Source: Eledone cirrhosa (lineage: Eukaryota). Taken from it: DNA of 64,000 nt. The translations under genes were made by a program, and so were the position numbers. The notes under the pieces were generated by a model. That model saw nothing but the letters and a program-made list of their open reading frames with translations. It had not been told where the DNA came from and searched no databases. Below, in pieces: positions 25,969 through 37,394 of the stretch (the stretch's first letter is position 1; every line of letters begins with the position of its first letter). The stretch covers positions 339,822,001 to 339,886,000 of the forward strand of contig OZ024741.1 in assembly GCA_964016885.1 (NCBI GenBank), read 5' to 3'.

Positions 25969-26872
25969 TACCCCCATTAGTACCCCCACTCCCCCCTCCC
26001 CTAGTCTTTGATAGATTTGGCGGACTCCGCCCTTTATAGCAGTTGGCTTAGACCCCGGATACTTGCCCCCCTTTTCCGACCGCTCCCACTATTCTCTGTG
26101 CCCTCTATATTTCTTAGTGGCACTTATGCCTTATTTTTTCGTTTCAGTATTTCTTGCTTCGCTTTTCTTCTGGGCGGGGTGGATTCTGAACTTATTTCTC
26201 CGTATTCTACCTTTATTTCGTACGAACTTTCATGTAGCTTGTTTTAGATCTTTTAGAGTTAGCATTAGTATATATTTTTCCCGGGACTCAGAATTATTAT
26301 GTCGTACAAGTTCACTTTGCTGCACTGGGTCGTTGCTGGCCCGGGATGGAAACCTTTATTGTTTATTTCGTGGTAGTCTCTTTAGTATTTTGGCCCCTTT
26401 TGTTGACCAGTCACCGTATCATTTACGTACTTATACCTCTTAAAAGGGTCCTTGCCTAATTCGTCCCACCTAGTTCTTTTACTTATTTCCTTATTTATTT
26501 ATTTATTTATTTATTTACTTCTTTCTTTCTTTCTTTATTTTATTCTCGCCTAACAATAGCCTGACACCTAGGTCGTAGAATTTAATTTTTTCTTTACACT
26601 TATTTGCTTTTCTTCACTCTCAGTATTTTTTCTTTCCTATTTTTACCCCCCATTGTTCTACCTACCGTTCCGACTTCCTCCCCCTCCCCCTCCCCTGTAT
26701 CTTCTTTGACCTCATGCCCAGCTGTAGCTGGCACTACCAACGCTTGATTGGGTCTACTCCACCCCCTCCCCTCTTTCTCCTACTGGCAGGTTTAGCCACC
26801 ATCTCCCCTACTAATTTGCAACCACAGAATTACTACTGATTTTTGACAATCACTTTGACCATATATGGAATT

Positions 26873-26966
26873 ACCCCTTGAGAAGATCGGCTATTTAAAT
26901 ACCAGGATAAATGTTCATTTAGTCCAGAATTAGCCGTCGAAACGGCTTGAGCTCAGCTGTCGGGGT
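26873..26966 (+). ncRNA. Type I hammerhead ribozyme, U3-A8 core variant (5' pLTR)
   Basis: Stem I ACCCC/GGGGT, core TTGAGAA, stem II GA(T)CGGCTA/TAGCCGTC with a large insert, GAA, stem III ACGGCT/AGCTGT around palindromic TGAGCTCA, cleavage GUC (C26961). Confidence 0.82.
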
Positions 26967-27151
26967 CTTACTGGTTCCTATTACCCACTCTACTACCTCA
27001 AGTATTGAGTACTTTGGTGCGTTATGGTCCACCTGGTTCCTTACCACATTTCCTTCGTTATCTAGCTCCTACTCCCGTAGTAGAGCACTTTCCGACCCTA
27101 CCACGCCGTATCCAGACTTTTCCGCTAAGCTCAATTCATTTCACCCGCACC

Positions 27152-29305
27152 ATGCGAAAACACAACATTGACTTCTCTACCAAGAACATCCCAATCCCAC
27201 CGAAAAAACTTTACCTTCGGATGCTCACGCAAAAAATTGATCTATTTGCGAAAAGACTTAGATGGAGAACTTTTTTCTATGACAGATATTGCGACAACCA
27301 AGACTTCGGCACCAAGGAGAGATTCGGATTTATTACCTACAAATCTCCGCCCCTGAACCCCTTGCTCGCACCCTTCGAGAATGACCTCTTCCAACTGGTC
27401 AAGAACATTAAATTTAAACCCAGACACAACCGATTCCTACAAAAACTCCGTAGCAACTTAACAGAGTATGATAACACAAATGACATCATGGTGCATTCGG
27501 ATAAAACTGGGAACCTATACTTTGTCAACCCTGACAGATACCACACACTGATCAGGAGCAGCCTAAACTCCACCTATAAAAAGGCCAACCACTCTTGCAT
27601 CGAGGACATAAATCGAGATGGACAACAAATCACCTCCAGCCTCGGGGTCGCCGACCGCACGGAACCTCTAGACCCACGGACACCATACTTCACACTGAAG
27701 GACCATAAATCCGATTTTGACCGTAAACCCTCCATCAGGCTTATTAACCCAACGAAGTCCGACATAGGGAGAATCAGCAAAAAAATCCTAGACCGCGTGA
27801 TACCAAAAGTCAAGCAACACACCCGACTTAGCCTATGGATCAACACCCAGGAAGTAATCTCCTGGTTCAGCAATATGGAGGATAAACGAGAAACTAAATT
27901 CATACAGTTCGACATAGAGAGCTACTATGCTTCAATCACCTTACCGCTACTTACTGCCGCTTTGGACTTCGCCGAAACACTCGTGCCCATCACCGACCAG
28001 GAAAGAAAAATCATCCTCCACGCCAGGAAGACAGTCTTACTCTTTGACGACTCTAAATGGATAAAAAGAGCTCCCGACTCACCCTTCGACGTCAGCATGG
28101 GCGCCACGGATTCGGCGGAGGTCACTGATCTTATAGGATTATTCCTAATAGCCAAACTCACTGATATGTTTCCTGCATTCGGTGGTGGATTGTACCGTGA
28201 TGATGGGCTCCTTACCCTTAAAGGGTACAACCCCAGTAGTACAGATCGGGTCCGGAAACAATTAATCAGATTCTTCCGCGACTGGGGATTTAAAATAACC
28301 CTACAAACGTCCCTGACCCGAGTAAACTTCCTGGACGTAACCCTCGACCTCGAAAACGACCTGTACTACCCATACAGGAAACCTAATGACAATCTGCACT
28401 ACATCCACCGCCGATCAAACCATCCTAGGAACATCACAAACAACCTGGTCAAAAACATCTCCCTCCGCACATCCCGTTTGTCAGCTAATGAGCGGATATT
28501 CGATGAACATGCGCCTTATTACAACCAGGCCCTCAAGCGGAGTGGTTTCCGGGAGGAAATATCCTACTGTCCAGATCCCATTAGCGGAACCAGCAGGAGA
28601 CACCGCCGCTCACGCAATGTAACATGGTTCAATCCTCCCCACAACGCAGAGGTGACTACTCCCATCGGGAAACTATTCTTTAGGCTCATTGAAAAACACT
28701 TCCCATTACAACACCGCTACCACAACATAATTAACAAAAATACCATCAAACTCTCTTACAGCACTACACCAAACTTCGCACAAAACATCGTCTCCTCTAA
28801 CAACAAAAAACTCAACCCCGATGGCAGAAATAACCTAAATAGCAGTGGAGAACCGACCAGGAGGTGTAACTGCCCGGATAGATCTATTTGCCCACTCGAC
28901 AATAGATGCAGAGACCGTAATGTGATCTACCAGTGCAACGTGAGGACGGATACCTCCAACAAAGCCTATATAGGACTTACCGCATGTGACTTCAAGACCC
29001 GGCTATACCAACATAGACATACCTTCCGAAACCCGGCCCGGCGTCACGCCACTACACTTTCGGGCCACATATGGGACCTCAAGGACAACAACATCACCTA
29101 TGATCTCACTTGGAGATTACTGTCCAGAGCCAATTCTTACACGGGAGGACGCCGTCCGTGCAATTTATGCTCGGAGGAAACTTTACAAATGCTGTTTTCG
29201 ACGGACCAACTCCTAAACAAGAAAGATGAACTGGTTACTGCATGTAAACATAGATTGCGTAGGACTTACCTCGCCCTCAAACCCCATAATGACCCGGGGG
29301 GGTAG
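27152..29305 (+). CDS. PLE polyprotein: reverse transcriptase + Cys-rich linker + GIY-YIG endonuclease (717 aa from first ATG)
   Basis: FIQFDIESYY, SMGATDSAEV, GLYRDDGL, NFLDVTL (PLE RT); CNC..CPLDNRC; VIYQC..YIGLT..FKTRLYQH; CNLCSEE. The reading frame is open from 27005 (TTG). Confidence 0.93.
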   Translation: MRKHNIDFSTKNIPIPPKKLYLRMLTQKIDLFAKRLRWRTFFYDRYCDNQDFGTKERFGFITYKSPPLNPLLAPFENDLFQLVKNIKFKPRHNRFLQKLRSNLTEYDNTNDIMVHSDKTGNLYFVNPDRYHTLIRSSLNSTYKKANHSCIEDINRDGQQITSSLGVADRTEPLDPRTPYFTLKDHKSDFDRKPSIRLINPTKSDIGRISKKILDRVIPKVKQHTRLSLWINTQEVISWFSNMEDKRETKFIQFDIESYYASITLPLLTAALDFAETLVPITDQERKIILHARKTVLLFDDSKWIKRAPDSPFDVSMGATDSAEVTDLIGLFLIAKLTDMFPAFGGGLYRDDGLLTLKGYNPSSTDRVRKQLIRFFRDWGFKITLQTSLTRVNFLDVTLDLENDLYYPYRKPNDNLHYIHRRSNHPRNITNNLVKNISLRTSRLSANERIFDEHAPYYNQALKRSGFREEISYCPDPISGTSRRHRRSRNVTWFNPPHNAEVTTPIGKLFFRLIEKHFPLQHRYHNIINKNTIKLSYSTTPNFAQNIVSSNNKKLNPDGRNNLNSSGEPTRRCNCPDRSICPLDNRCRDRNVIYQCNVRTDTSNKAYIGLTACDFKTRLYQHRHTFRNPARRHATTLSGHIWDLKDNNITYDLTWRLLSRANSYTGGRRPCNLCSEETLQMLFSTDQLLNKKDELVTACKHRLRRTYLALKPHNDPGG

Positions 29306-30395
29306 ACTAGGGCTATAACACCCCAGTTGCCGATTTTGCAATGGGTAACCCCTGCTTGCCAAGGAAGACGTAAGATCTTCTTTGTATTCTTTTATCGCAT
29401 CCTTTATTTCCTTCCCCCCTCTCTCCTTTGTCCTTCTACCCCAGCTCTTCTCCTTTGTCGGCGTCTTTTCTCGCCCACCCGAGGCTGCCCTTTGGCCCCA
29501 TGTAGCCTTAGTACCCCCACTCCCCCCTCCCCTAGTCTTTGATAGATTTGGCGGACTCCGCCCTTTATAGCAGTTGGCTTAGACCCCGGATACTTTCCCC
29601 CCTTTTCCGACCGCTCCCACTATTCTCTGTGCCCTCTATATTTCTTAGTGGCACTTATGCCTTATTTTTTCGTTTCAGTATTTCTTGCTTCGCTTTTCTT
29701 CTGGGCGGGGTGGATTCTGAACTTATTTCTCCGTATTCTACCTTTATTTCGTACGAACTTTCATGTAGCTTGTTTTAGATCTTTTAGAGTTAGCATTAGT
29801 ATATATTTTTCCCGGGACTCAGAATTATTATGTCGTACAAGTTCACTTTGCTGCACTGGGTCGTTGCTGGCCCGGGATGGAAACCTTTATTGTTTATTTC
29901 GTGGTAGTCTCTTTAGTATTTTGGCCCCTTTTGTTGACCAGTCACCGTATCATTTTAAAAGGGTCCTTGCCTAATTCGTCCCACCTAGTTCTTTTACTTA
30001 TTTCCTTATTTCCTTATTTATTTATTTATTTATTTATTTACTTCTTTCTTTCTTTCTTTATTTTATTCTCGCCTAACAATAGCCTGACACCTAGGTCGTA
30101 GAATTTAATTTTTTCTTTACACTTATTTGCTTTTCTTCACTCTCAGTATTTTTTCTTTCCTATTTTTACCCCCCATTGTTCTACCTACCGTTCCGACTTC
30201 CTCCCCCTCCCCCTCCCCTGTATCTTCTTTGACCTCATGCCCAGCTGTAGCTGGCACTACCAACGCTTGATTGGGTCTACTCCACCCCCTCCCCTCTTTC
30301 TCCTACTGGCAGGTTTAGCCACCATCTCCCCTACTAATTTGCAACCACAGAATTACTACTGATTTTTGACAATCACTTTGACCATATATGGAATT

Positions 30396-30489
30396 ACCCC
30401 TTGAGAAGATCGGCTATTTAAATACCAGGATAAATGTTCATTTAGTCCAGAATTAGCCGTCGAAACGGCTTGAGCTCAGCTGTCGGGGT
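30396..30489 (+). ncRNA. Type I hammerhead ribozyme, U3-A8 core variant (3' pLTR)
   Basis: Identical to 26873-26966; cleavage after C30484. Confidence 0.82.
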
Positions 30490-30580
30490 CTTACTGGTTC
30501 CTATTACCCACTCTACTACCTCAAGTATTGAGTACTTTGGTGCGTTATGGTCCACCTGGTTCCTTACCACATTTCCTTCG

Positions 30581-30906
<326 letters not shown>

Positions 30907-31104
30907 GATTCGTCAAAGTGACATTATTGAAAGAATGAGAGGGACAATTCTTTTTCAAAAATGTTTTATAATGTTTATAAAATTCATAAATTACCGGTTT
31001 CGATGTATTAGTAAAATTCATCTTATCAAATGGTGAGTATTACAATTAAAAAAAATTAATTTGAATTAAAAACTAATCTTCCCTGTTGAGTGTGTGTATG
31101 TACG

Positions 31105-31144
<40 letters not shown>

Positions 31145-31150
31145 ATTAGT

Positions 31151-31218
31151 CCTTCATCAGTGATCTTCCAACCTTCATTGGTATTTCATCGCTTTAAAAA
31201 TCATATACCTCTGGTTGG
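31151..31218 (-). ncRNA. Non-circularly permuted hammerhead ribozyme with k-turn
   Basis: CCAACC A GA GGTAT A TGATTTT TAAAGCGAT GAA ATACC AAT GA A GGTTGG AAGATCA CTGATGA A. Confidence 0.72.
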
Positions 31219-31744
31219 TGCGAGCAATAACTAAATAAAGTTATTGGGACAAGTAAAGTAGGGTGAAGCGAGAGAGACATGTAAACAAGATGAAGGACTA
31301 ATTTTATTCATATGTAACCCATGTGCAACCACGCAGCACTCCATTTTTCTTATATTTATTCTTATCCTCAGCTGCGACCTGTCTGTTTCTTTCTTACTGC
31401 TTCTCTTCTCTCTGTATGTGTCACCTTCTTTTTACCCCCCTCTGCCAGTCATACTCTCTCTCAGCTGGCCTCTTCCCCACACTTCCACTCACTCACTCTC
31501 TGCTTCTCCCTCTCTCTCACTTCCTCCCGTTTGACTTGTGTGAAATCCTTTTCTCGGTCACATCTCACCCAGGTCGGATGGTCTGTATTTCTCGTCCATG
31601 ATTTCACCAATCTTAAGCTTATAGATATCATTTACTTGTCTATTCCTATCTTTCCGTTGCAATACCATCTTTGTTTGTTTACATGTCTCGCTCGCTTCAC
31701 CCTAATTTACTTGTCTCAATAACTTTATTTAGTTATTGCTCGCA

Positions 31745-31812
31745 CCAACCAGAGGTATATGATTTTTAAAGCGATGAAATACCAATGAAGGTTGAAAGAT
31801 CACTGATGAAGG
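31745..31812 (+). ncRNA. Non-circularly permuted hammerhead ribozyme with k-turn
   Basis: Same as 31151-31218 with one substitution; predicted cleavage after A31759 (AUA). Confidence 0.7.
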
Positions 31813-31925
31813 ACTAATTTTATTCATATTCATATATATAGCAGCACTCCATTTTGCTTATATATATATAGTGTATATATATAAGTGTAAGTCAACAGGG
31901 TAAAATTAGCGTCGTGTATTCACAT

Positions 31926-31990
31926 TCGCTTCTATATATATTTCAGTGATAGCCATTATTCAACAGTTACTACCTCATCAGACAGTAAGA
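31926..31990 (-). ncRNA. Possible degraded type I hammerhead
   Basis: CTGATGA GGTAGT...GCTATC ACT GAA ATATATAT A; stem I pairs poorly. Confidence 0.35.
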
Positions 31991-32756
31991 ATTTAAACAG
32001 AAAAAACAGGAAAACATGGTGTTAATTCATTGATATGCCCAGCTCCTGGGTGTGTTGTTAGTCCTCAAAGGAACTGAAAACAACCTGCACTCAATGAGTG
32101 CTCCAACCTGCATACTAAGGTGTCAGTAGATAACCAAACATAATCAAAATTTTATATATATATATATATACATATTTATATATATATATACACACACACA
32201 CACACATACATATATATATACATATATATATAATATTATTAAATGGAAACTATCTTTATAAAGCCATATTTATTCTATTATATATATTTAAAGGGTACCA
32301 AAATGTTGGTACGCTCTAATCATGTAAAATACAAAAGTTGTTTTATAAATAGGGACATATGCCAAAACAAGTACTTATTGTTTTAAGTTCTGTTTGAAGT
32401 TATGTATATATATATATGTATGTGTGTGTGTGTGTGTATGTGTGTGTATATATGTGTGTATATATATATGTATATATATATGTGTGTGTGTGTGTGTCTG
32501 TGTGTATATGAGTGTATATATATATATAGAGAGAGAGAGAGCCTTCTGTCACTCAATTATATATATGCTAGATCTAAAATTATATAGATACACCTGTGTG
32601 ACAATATGCATCTATATATTTATACATGCATGTATATATATATATGCATGTATGTACATATACACATGTTACCTAACTCACTAGCTTGGTGGTATCTATT
32701 AGCATCGTCTGCTCTGTTAATGAAGACGACAATGATGATATACTAACATACATACA

Positions 32757-32792
<36 letters not shown>

Positions 32793-33141
32793 TACATAGA
32801 TACATACATAGATACATATATACATACATATACATACATACATACATACGCGCGCACTCAGAGGCATGTCTGTGTGTGTGTGTGTGTGTGTGTATGCGTG
32901 AGTGTTTAAAACTCTGTTCCCTTCACTTCTCCCTCGATCCCTATGTATATGTAAATTTGTGTCTGTAAATTAATTGATGTTTGTCTATTCATATATATAT
33001 ATATATATAATATATATAAATTCATATGCATATATGGTGATATACATACATATAATACATATATGTATACATACACACATACGCGCGCACGCACACAAAC
33101 ATATATATAAATATATATATATATATGTATATATATATGTA

Positions 33142-33183
<42 letters not shown>

Positions 33184-33231
33184 AATAATAGGCTGCCCGT
33201 TGCAAATGGTGGGGCATGTGAAAAAGTAGGT

Positions 33232-33299
33232 CCTTCATCAGTGACCCTCCAACCGTCGCAGGCATTTCATCGCTTTAAGGGCCATATGCCTCAGGTTGG
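33232..33299 (-). ncRNA. Non-circularly permuted hammerhead ribozyme with k-turn (best copy)
   Basis: CCAACC T GA GGCAT A TGGCCCT TAAAGCGAT GAA ATGCC TGC GA C GGTTGG AGGGTCA CTGATGA A. Stem III GGCAT/ATGCC, stem I TGGCCCT/AGGGTCA, intact core. Confidence 0.75.
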
Positions 33300-33420
33300 T
33301 GCGAACAACGGCTAAAAAAAGTCGTTGGGACACGTAAACAAAGGGGACGCCAGGATAACAAACAAAAAAGTTTAAGCAACGGAAAGTGAGAGGAAATAGA
33401 CAAGTCCCAGATCTCTATGA

Positions 33421-33467
<47 letters not shown>

Positions 33468-33489
33468 TGTATATATATACGTATATATA

Positions 33490-33677
33490 TAACGGAGGAG
33501 TTGTGGTAAGGAACCAGATCGACCATAACGCACCAGAGTACTCAATACTTAGGGTAGTAGAGTGGGTAAAGGAGAAAGTATGACCCCGACGGCAGAGCTC
33601 AAGCCGTTTCGACGGCTATTTCTGGACTGAAATAACTGTCGAAACGGCTTGAGCATGCCGTCGGGGTCATACTTTCT

Positions 33678-33681
<4 letters not shown>
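33490..33681 (-). mobile_element. Miniature palindromic PLE footprint in (TA)n
   Basis: Tail (reverse) plus palindromic HHR 3' halves ending TTTCTCCTA. Confidence 0.85.
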
Positions 33682-33749
<68 letters not shown>

Positions 33750-33758
33750 AATATATAT

Positions 33759-33827
<69 letters not shown>

Positions 33828-33983
33828 CATATACCTCGTATATATTTCTCTTTGTTTCCATACATCTTTTCTCTTTTCTCTCAACAGTCGTTGTTAGATT
33901 CAGTTTTAGTTTTCTTTTCATTATTTATCTTTCTCTCTCGCTCTCCCTCTCTATACATCTGTCTCTCCCCTTCTCTCTACCTC

Positions 33984-34070
<87 letters not shown>

Positions 34071-34329
34071 TATAAATGTATACACACATACAAACCTCCC
34101 CTCCTTATTTCTGTTTTCTAGCTTTCCATATTTACCTATTCTATAGATTTGTCACTTACATGTGTGGGGTGTTTGGTGCGGGGTGAGTGGGCTTGCACAC
34201 ATGTGTGCATGTGTGTGCATGCACGTATGAATGTGAGATCATAGTGTACACACATAAATATATACATATATATATATGTATGTATATATATATATATATA
34301 TACATCTATATATATATATATATACATAC

Positions 34330-34406
<77 letters not shown>

Positions 34407-35037
34407 TAAATACATAAAACTGTATGTGCGAGTGTGTGTGTCTACTTTGTGTGCCTGTACACGACTCTACGTTCTAGCAGTTATCTTCTTCTTCTTCTTC
34501 TTCTTTTTTTCGTTTTGTTCTTTCCTGTTATTTCCTTTCCACCTTTGATCTGCTCCTTTATTTCTTTCACCTTCCTGTTTTCATTCACTCCCCTTCTCTT
34601 CCTCTCTTTCTCACTTTTTCTTCTTACTTTCCTTATCTCTTTCACTCTTATTCTACCATTCTATATCTTTCCGTTTTATTCTCTTGTCTTTATATTTAAA
34701 TTCAATTCACTATTTTATTCTTTCGCTTCCTCTCTCTCCTTCATTTTCGGTTTCTTTCTTCTAATTTTTCTTCATTATTAAAAACTTTACTCTGTTTTTT
34801 CTTCCTTCTTTCTTTCAATTTCTCATTCTTATCACCTTTGATGCTATTTTCGTTCATAAAAATCTTTCGTTGTTTTTTTTTTCATTCTTTAAATTCTTTC
34901 TAGTATATTTACAATGTTTCTTTGTTTTTTTTTTGTTTTTTTCTAGCTTTCTATTTCTTTCCCTTTTTATCCCTGTCTAACCTTCATTCACCCTGTGTTT
35001 TTTCTTTTCCCTTATCTAACTATCAATCAATCAATCT

Positions 35038-35064
<27 letters not shown>

Positions 35065-35076
<12 letters not shown>

Positions 35077-35471
35077 TTTTTTTCTTTACTCGATTTATGT
35101 AAACTCCCCCCTGTGTATTTGTCCCCTTCTTTTGTGCCCTCGTGGCAAATAAATAGAAATCTATCTATCTACCGATCTATTAGCAAAAATGGCCCGAGTG
35201 ATTGGGCCTTCTGTGTATATAAACCTGTAGGTTGAAGATGAGAGCAAAAGTAAGAAAGGAGCACTTGCACAAAACGCTCCTGAAGTTGAGGGTTGTTCTA
35301 TCGACGGGGTATTAAACAATCCATTTGTAACGCCTTCCCCCTAATGGCGATTTCGATTGTTGAATTTGTTAGTTTTAATAATATTTTTACACGATTGTAT
35401 GTAAAATCCCCGACATGTGTCCCCTTTTCTTGTGTGCCCTTGTGGCAAATAAATAAATCTATCTATCTATC
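35065..35471 (+). mobile_element. Two tandem 5'-truncated Tx1-type 3' ends in an (ATCT)n array
   Basis: Both end GTGCCC(T/TC)GTGGCAAATAAATA..ATCTATCTATC. The second (about 35188 onward) encodes MARVIGPSVYINL*, matching the Tx1 ORF2 C-terminus MARVNGPSLYISL*. Confidence 0.75.
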
Positions 35472-35528
35472 TTAAATGTAAGAATGTATGTATACGTACA
35501 TACATATATGTATACAGACGTACAGTAG

Positions 35529-35615
<87 letters not shown>

Positions 35616-36042
35616 GCACACATATATATATGTACGTATCAGTTTAGCGAACGTTTATTACAACGCTCGCTTTGTCCATTTGTAAACAAACGGACAGCCT
35701 GTTTATGCCGTACGGTGTTAAGGCAACCACGTCACCTTTTTGTTCAACACTGACACAGGAACGGTGTACTAGTTTCAAGCTTGTTAGCTATTGTCAGCAC
35801 CGTATACCCTTCTGCCAGATGGTTGAACGTTCGAAAGTATATACTTTCCTTATGAAAATTAACGGTGAGCAGCCTAATTTGCATATCGAGTGAGTTCATC
35901 GGCCAGGCGCACCGAAAACGATAAATTGAATAGAATGAAACGAAATTTCATTTCTCACTCTTAGTACGGCACTTACTTAAATGTAAGTATGTATGTATAC
36001 GTACATGTATACGTACATACGTATATGTATACAGACGTACAG
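35472..36042. repeat. Unclassified element bounded by ~55-bp direct repeats, related to 51920-52212
   Basis: CTTAAATGTAAG..TGTATGTATACGTAC..CAGACGTACAG at 35471 and 35976; GAAATTTCATTTCTCACTCTTAGTACGGC shared with 51941. Confidence 0.5.
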
Positions 36043-37225
36043 GCGGGCTGCCTTGGTGAGGAGATCCATCTGCTGTCAACACCCTTCGAAAGGAGGGCTG
36101 GGGATGCCGTGGCTAATGATGCGTAAACACGCATTAAGGCTACGGCACCTCTACGTATTCCTCACCGGTCAACCGGTGTGGGCCTCGTTTGTGAGACGAA
36201 CCTTTCCCAGACTCGTCTCACTCACCGAGCTGCAATCCTGGGTCAAGCAAAGACCGAGAAAACTGGGCGCCTGGCACACTGAGTGTGCCCAGGCGCTCAC
36301 CGCCCTCTGGCAGGCGGATCCGGTTATCAGTGGAGTCTCCACCGCAACATTCTATAGAGGGCTGATACGCAGCAGGTGCGACGACGCCCTCGGAGAAGCC
36401 CTAGACATGGAGGAGGACGAACTGGCCAGCCTGTTCGGTAGGACATTCAGCCCGGGACCTATGGACAACTTCCAGAAGTCCCTGGCCTGGCAGTGCTACC
36501 GAGGGGCTCTACCCGTTCGAGAAAAGCTCTACAGACACGGGCGCCCGGGTAGGGACCCCGCCAAAAAGATCTGTCCCAGATGCGTGTGCGACGAGGAAAC
36601 CGTTGCACACGCATTGGTACATTGCTCGGGCGTAGCCGATCTGTGGGGCTATGTCGAACAACTGCTGTCAAGGGTGGGACCGATCCGGTTGACCACCGAG
36701 TCCATTGTAATGATTAAGCCGCCTCCCCCCTTCAAAGATGAAGGAGAGGCGGTGTTTCTGTGCGTAATAGCCATGGTGAAAGAAGTTGTATGGTGGACGC
36801 GTCTGAAAGGACTGAGGTCAAGCACCTTTCTCTCTGGCCAACAACTGGTCCGTTTCTTCCGATATCATTTCGGAAGAAGGATCAGGATGGAGAGAGAGGT
36901 GCTCCACCTTAGTCGTTTTTATGAAAGGTGGGTGAAAGTGGCGAGAATGGCCCGTGTGAATGGGCCTTCTCTTTACATAAGCCTGTAGGTGGAAAAGAGG
37001 AAGGAACGAGGGAGCAACCCCTCTCTGTGCTCCCGAGGAGAAGGGTTGCACACTTTTTTCGCCTCCTCTCTATTGAGGATTTTGTTATAATTTTATTTTT
37101 TGTTATATTTGATTTTATTTTTATATATTGTTATTGCCTCCTCCCCATTGAGGACGCCTTGTTTTGTAAACTCCCCCCATTGTACTTGTCCCACTTTTAA
37201 TGACCTGGTGGCAAATAAAAGAAAC
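36043..37225 (+). mobile_element. 5'-truncated Tx1-clade LINE (diverged subfamily); ORF2 C-terminus 36043-36988
   Basis: VRRSICCQHPSKGGLGMPWLMMR...CPRC..HALVHC, closely similar to the 6644 ORF2; 3' UTR ends GTGGCAAATAAAAGAAAC. Confidence 0.9.
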
Positions 37226-37360
37226 ATATCTATATACATATATAGTAATAATAAATGTGAAGACTAAAATTCGAAGAGGGCCCGATAAGGATAATATATA
37301 TATAATATATATATAAACCCGTAGAGCAAATAATTATTATAACGACAGATTAAGTTGTTA

Positions 37361-37391
<31 letters not shown>

Positions 37392-37394
<3 letters not shown>

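Larger units (their letters stand above)
23942..30583 (+). mobile_element. Young Penelope-like retroelement (C-terminal GIY-YIG; possibly Hydra-clade) with inverted + direct pseudo-LTR structure, inserted in (TA)n
   Basis: 23942-25968 is the reverse complement of 28485-30503; 25977-27060 repeats 29508-30583. The copies differ by only a few SNPs and indels. Intact ORF between them; (TA)n on both sides. Clade assignment is from recalled features (CxC linker, CxxC in EN, TA targeting), not a phylogeny. Confidence 0.93.
31138..31860 (+). mobile_element. Non-coding PLE-type/retrozyme-like unit (inverted arm + ~516-bp tandem unit) in (TA)n
   Basis: 31138-31288 is the inverted copy of about 31675-31825. 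GATGAAGGACTAATTTTATTCATA occurs at 31289 and 31805. No credible ORF. Confidence 0.75.

Noticed and set aside
27005-27151. 766-aa start of the PLE ORF
   Set aside because: It starts at TTG inside the pLTR tail; the first ATG is at 27152. An upstream extension cannot be excluded.
31745-31812. Reading the permuted motif as a type II HHR, twister, pistol, HDV-like ribozyme or SECIS
   Set aside because: Type II needs a local stem III hairpin after GAAA, which does not pair. The cleavage-site or helix elements of the other ribozymes are missing, and the helix is too short for SECIS. Only the strand-swapped HHR pairing fits all copies.
35993-36042. N-terminus of the 331-aa ORF
   Set aside because: Low-complexity repeat sequence fused in frame by chance to a truncated Tx1 ORF2.
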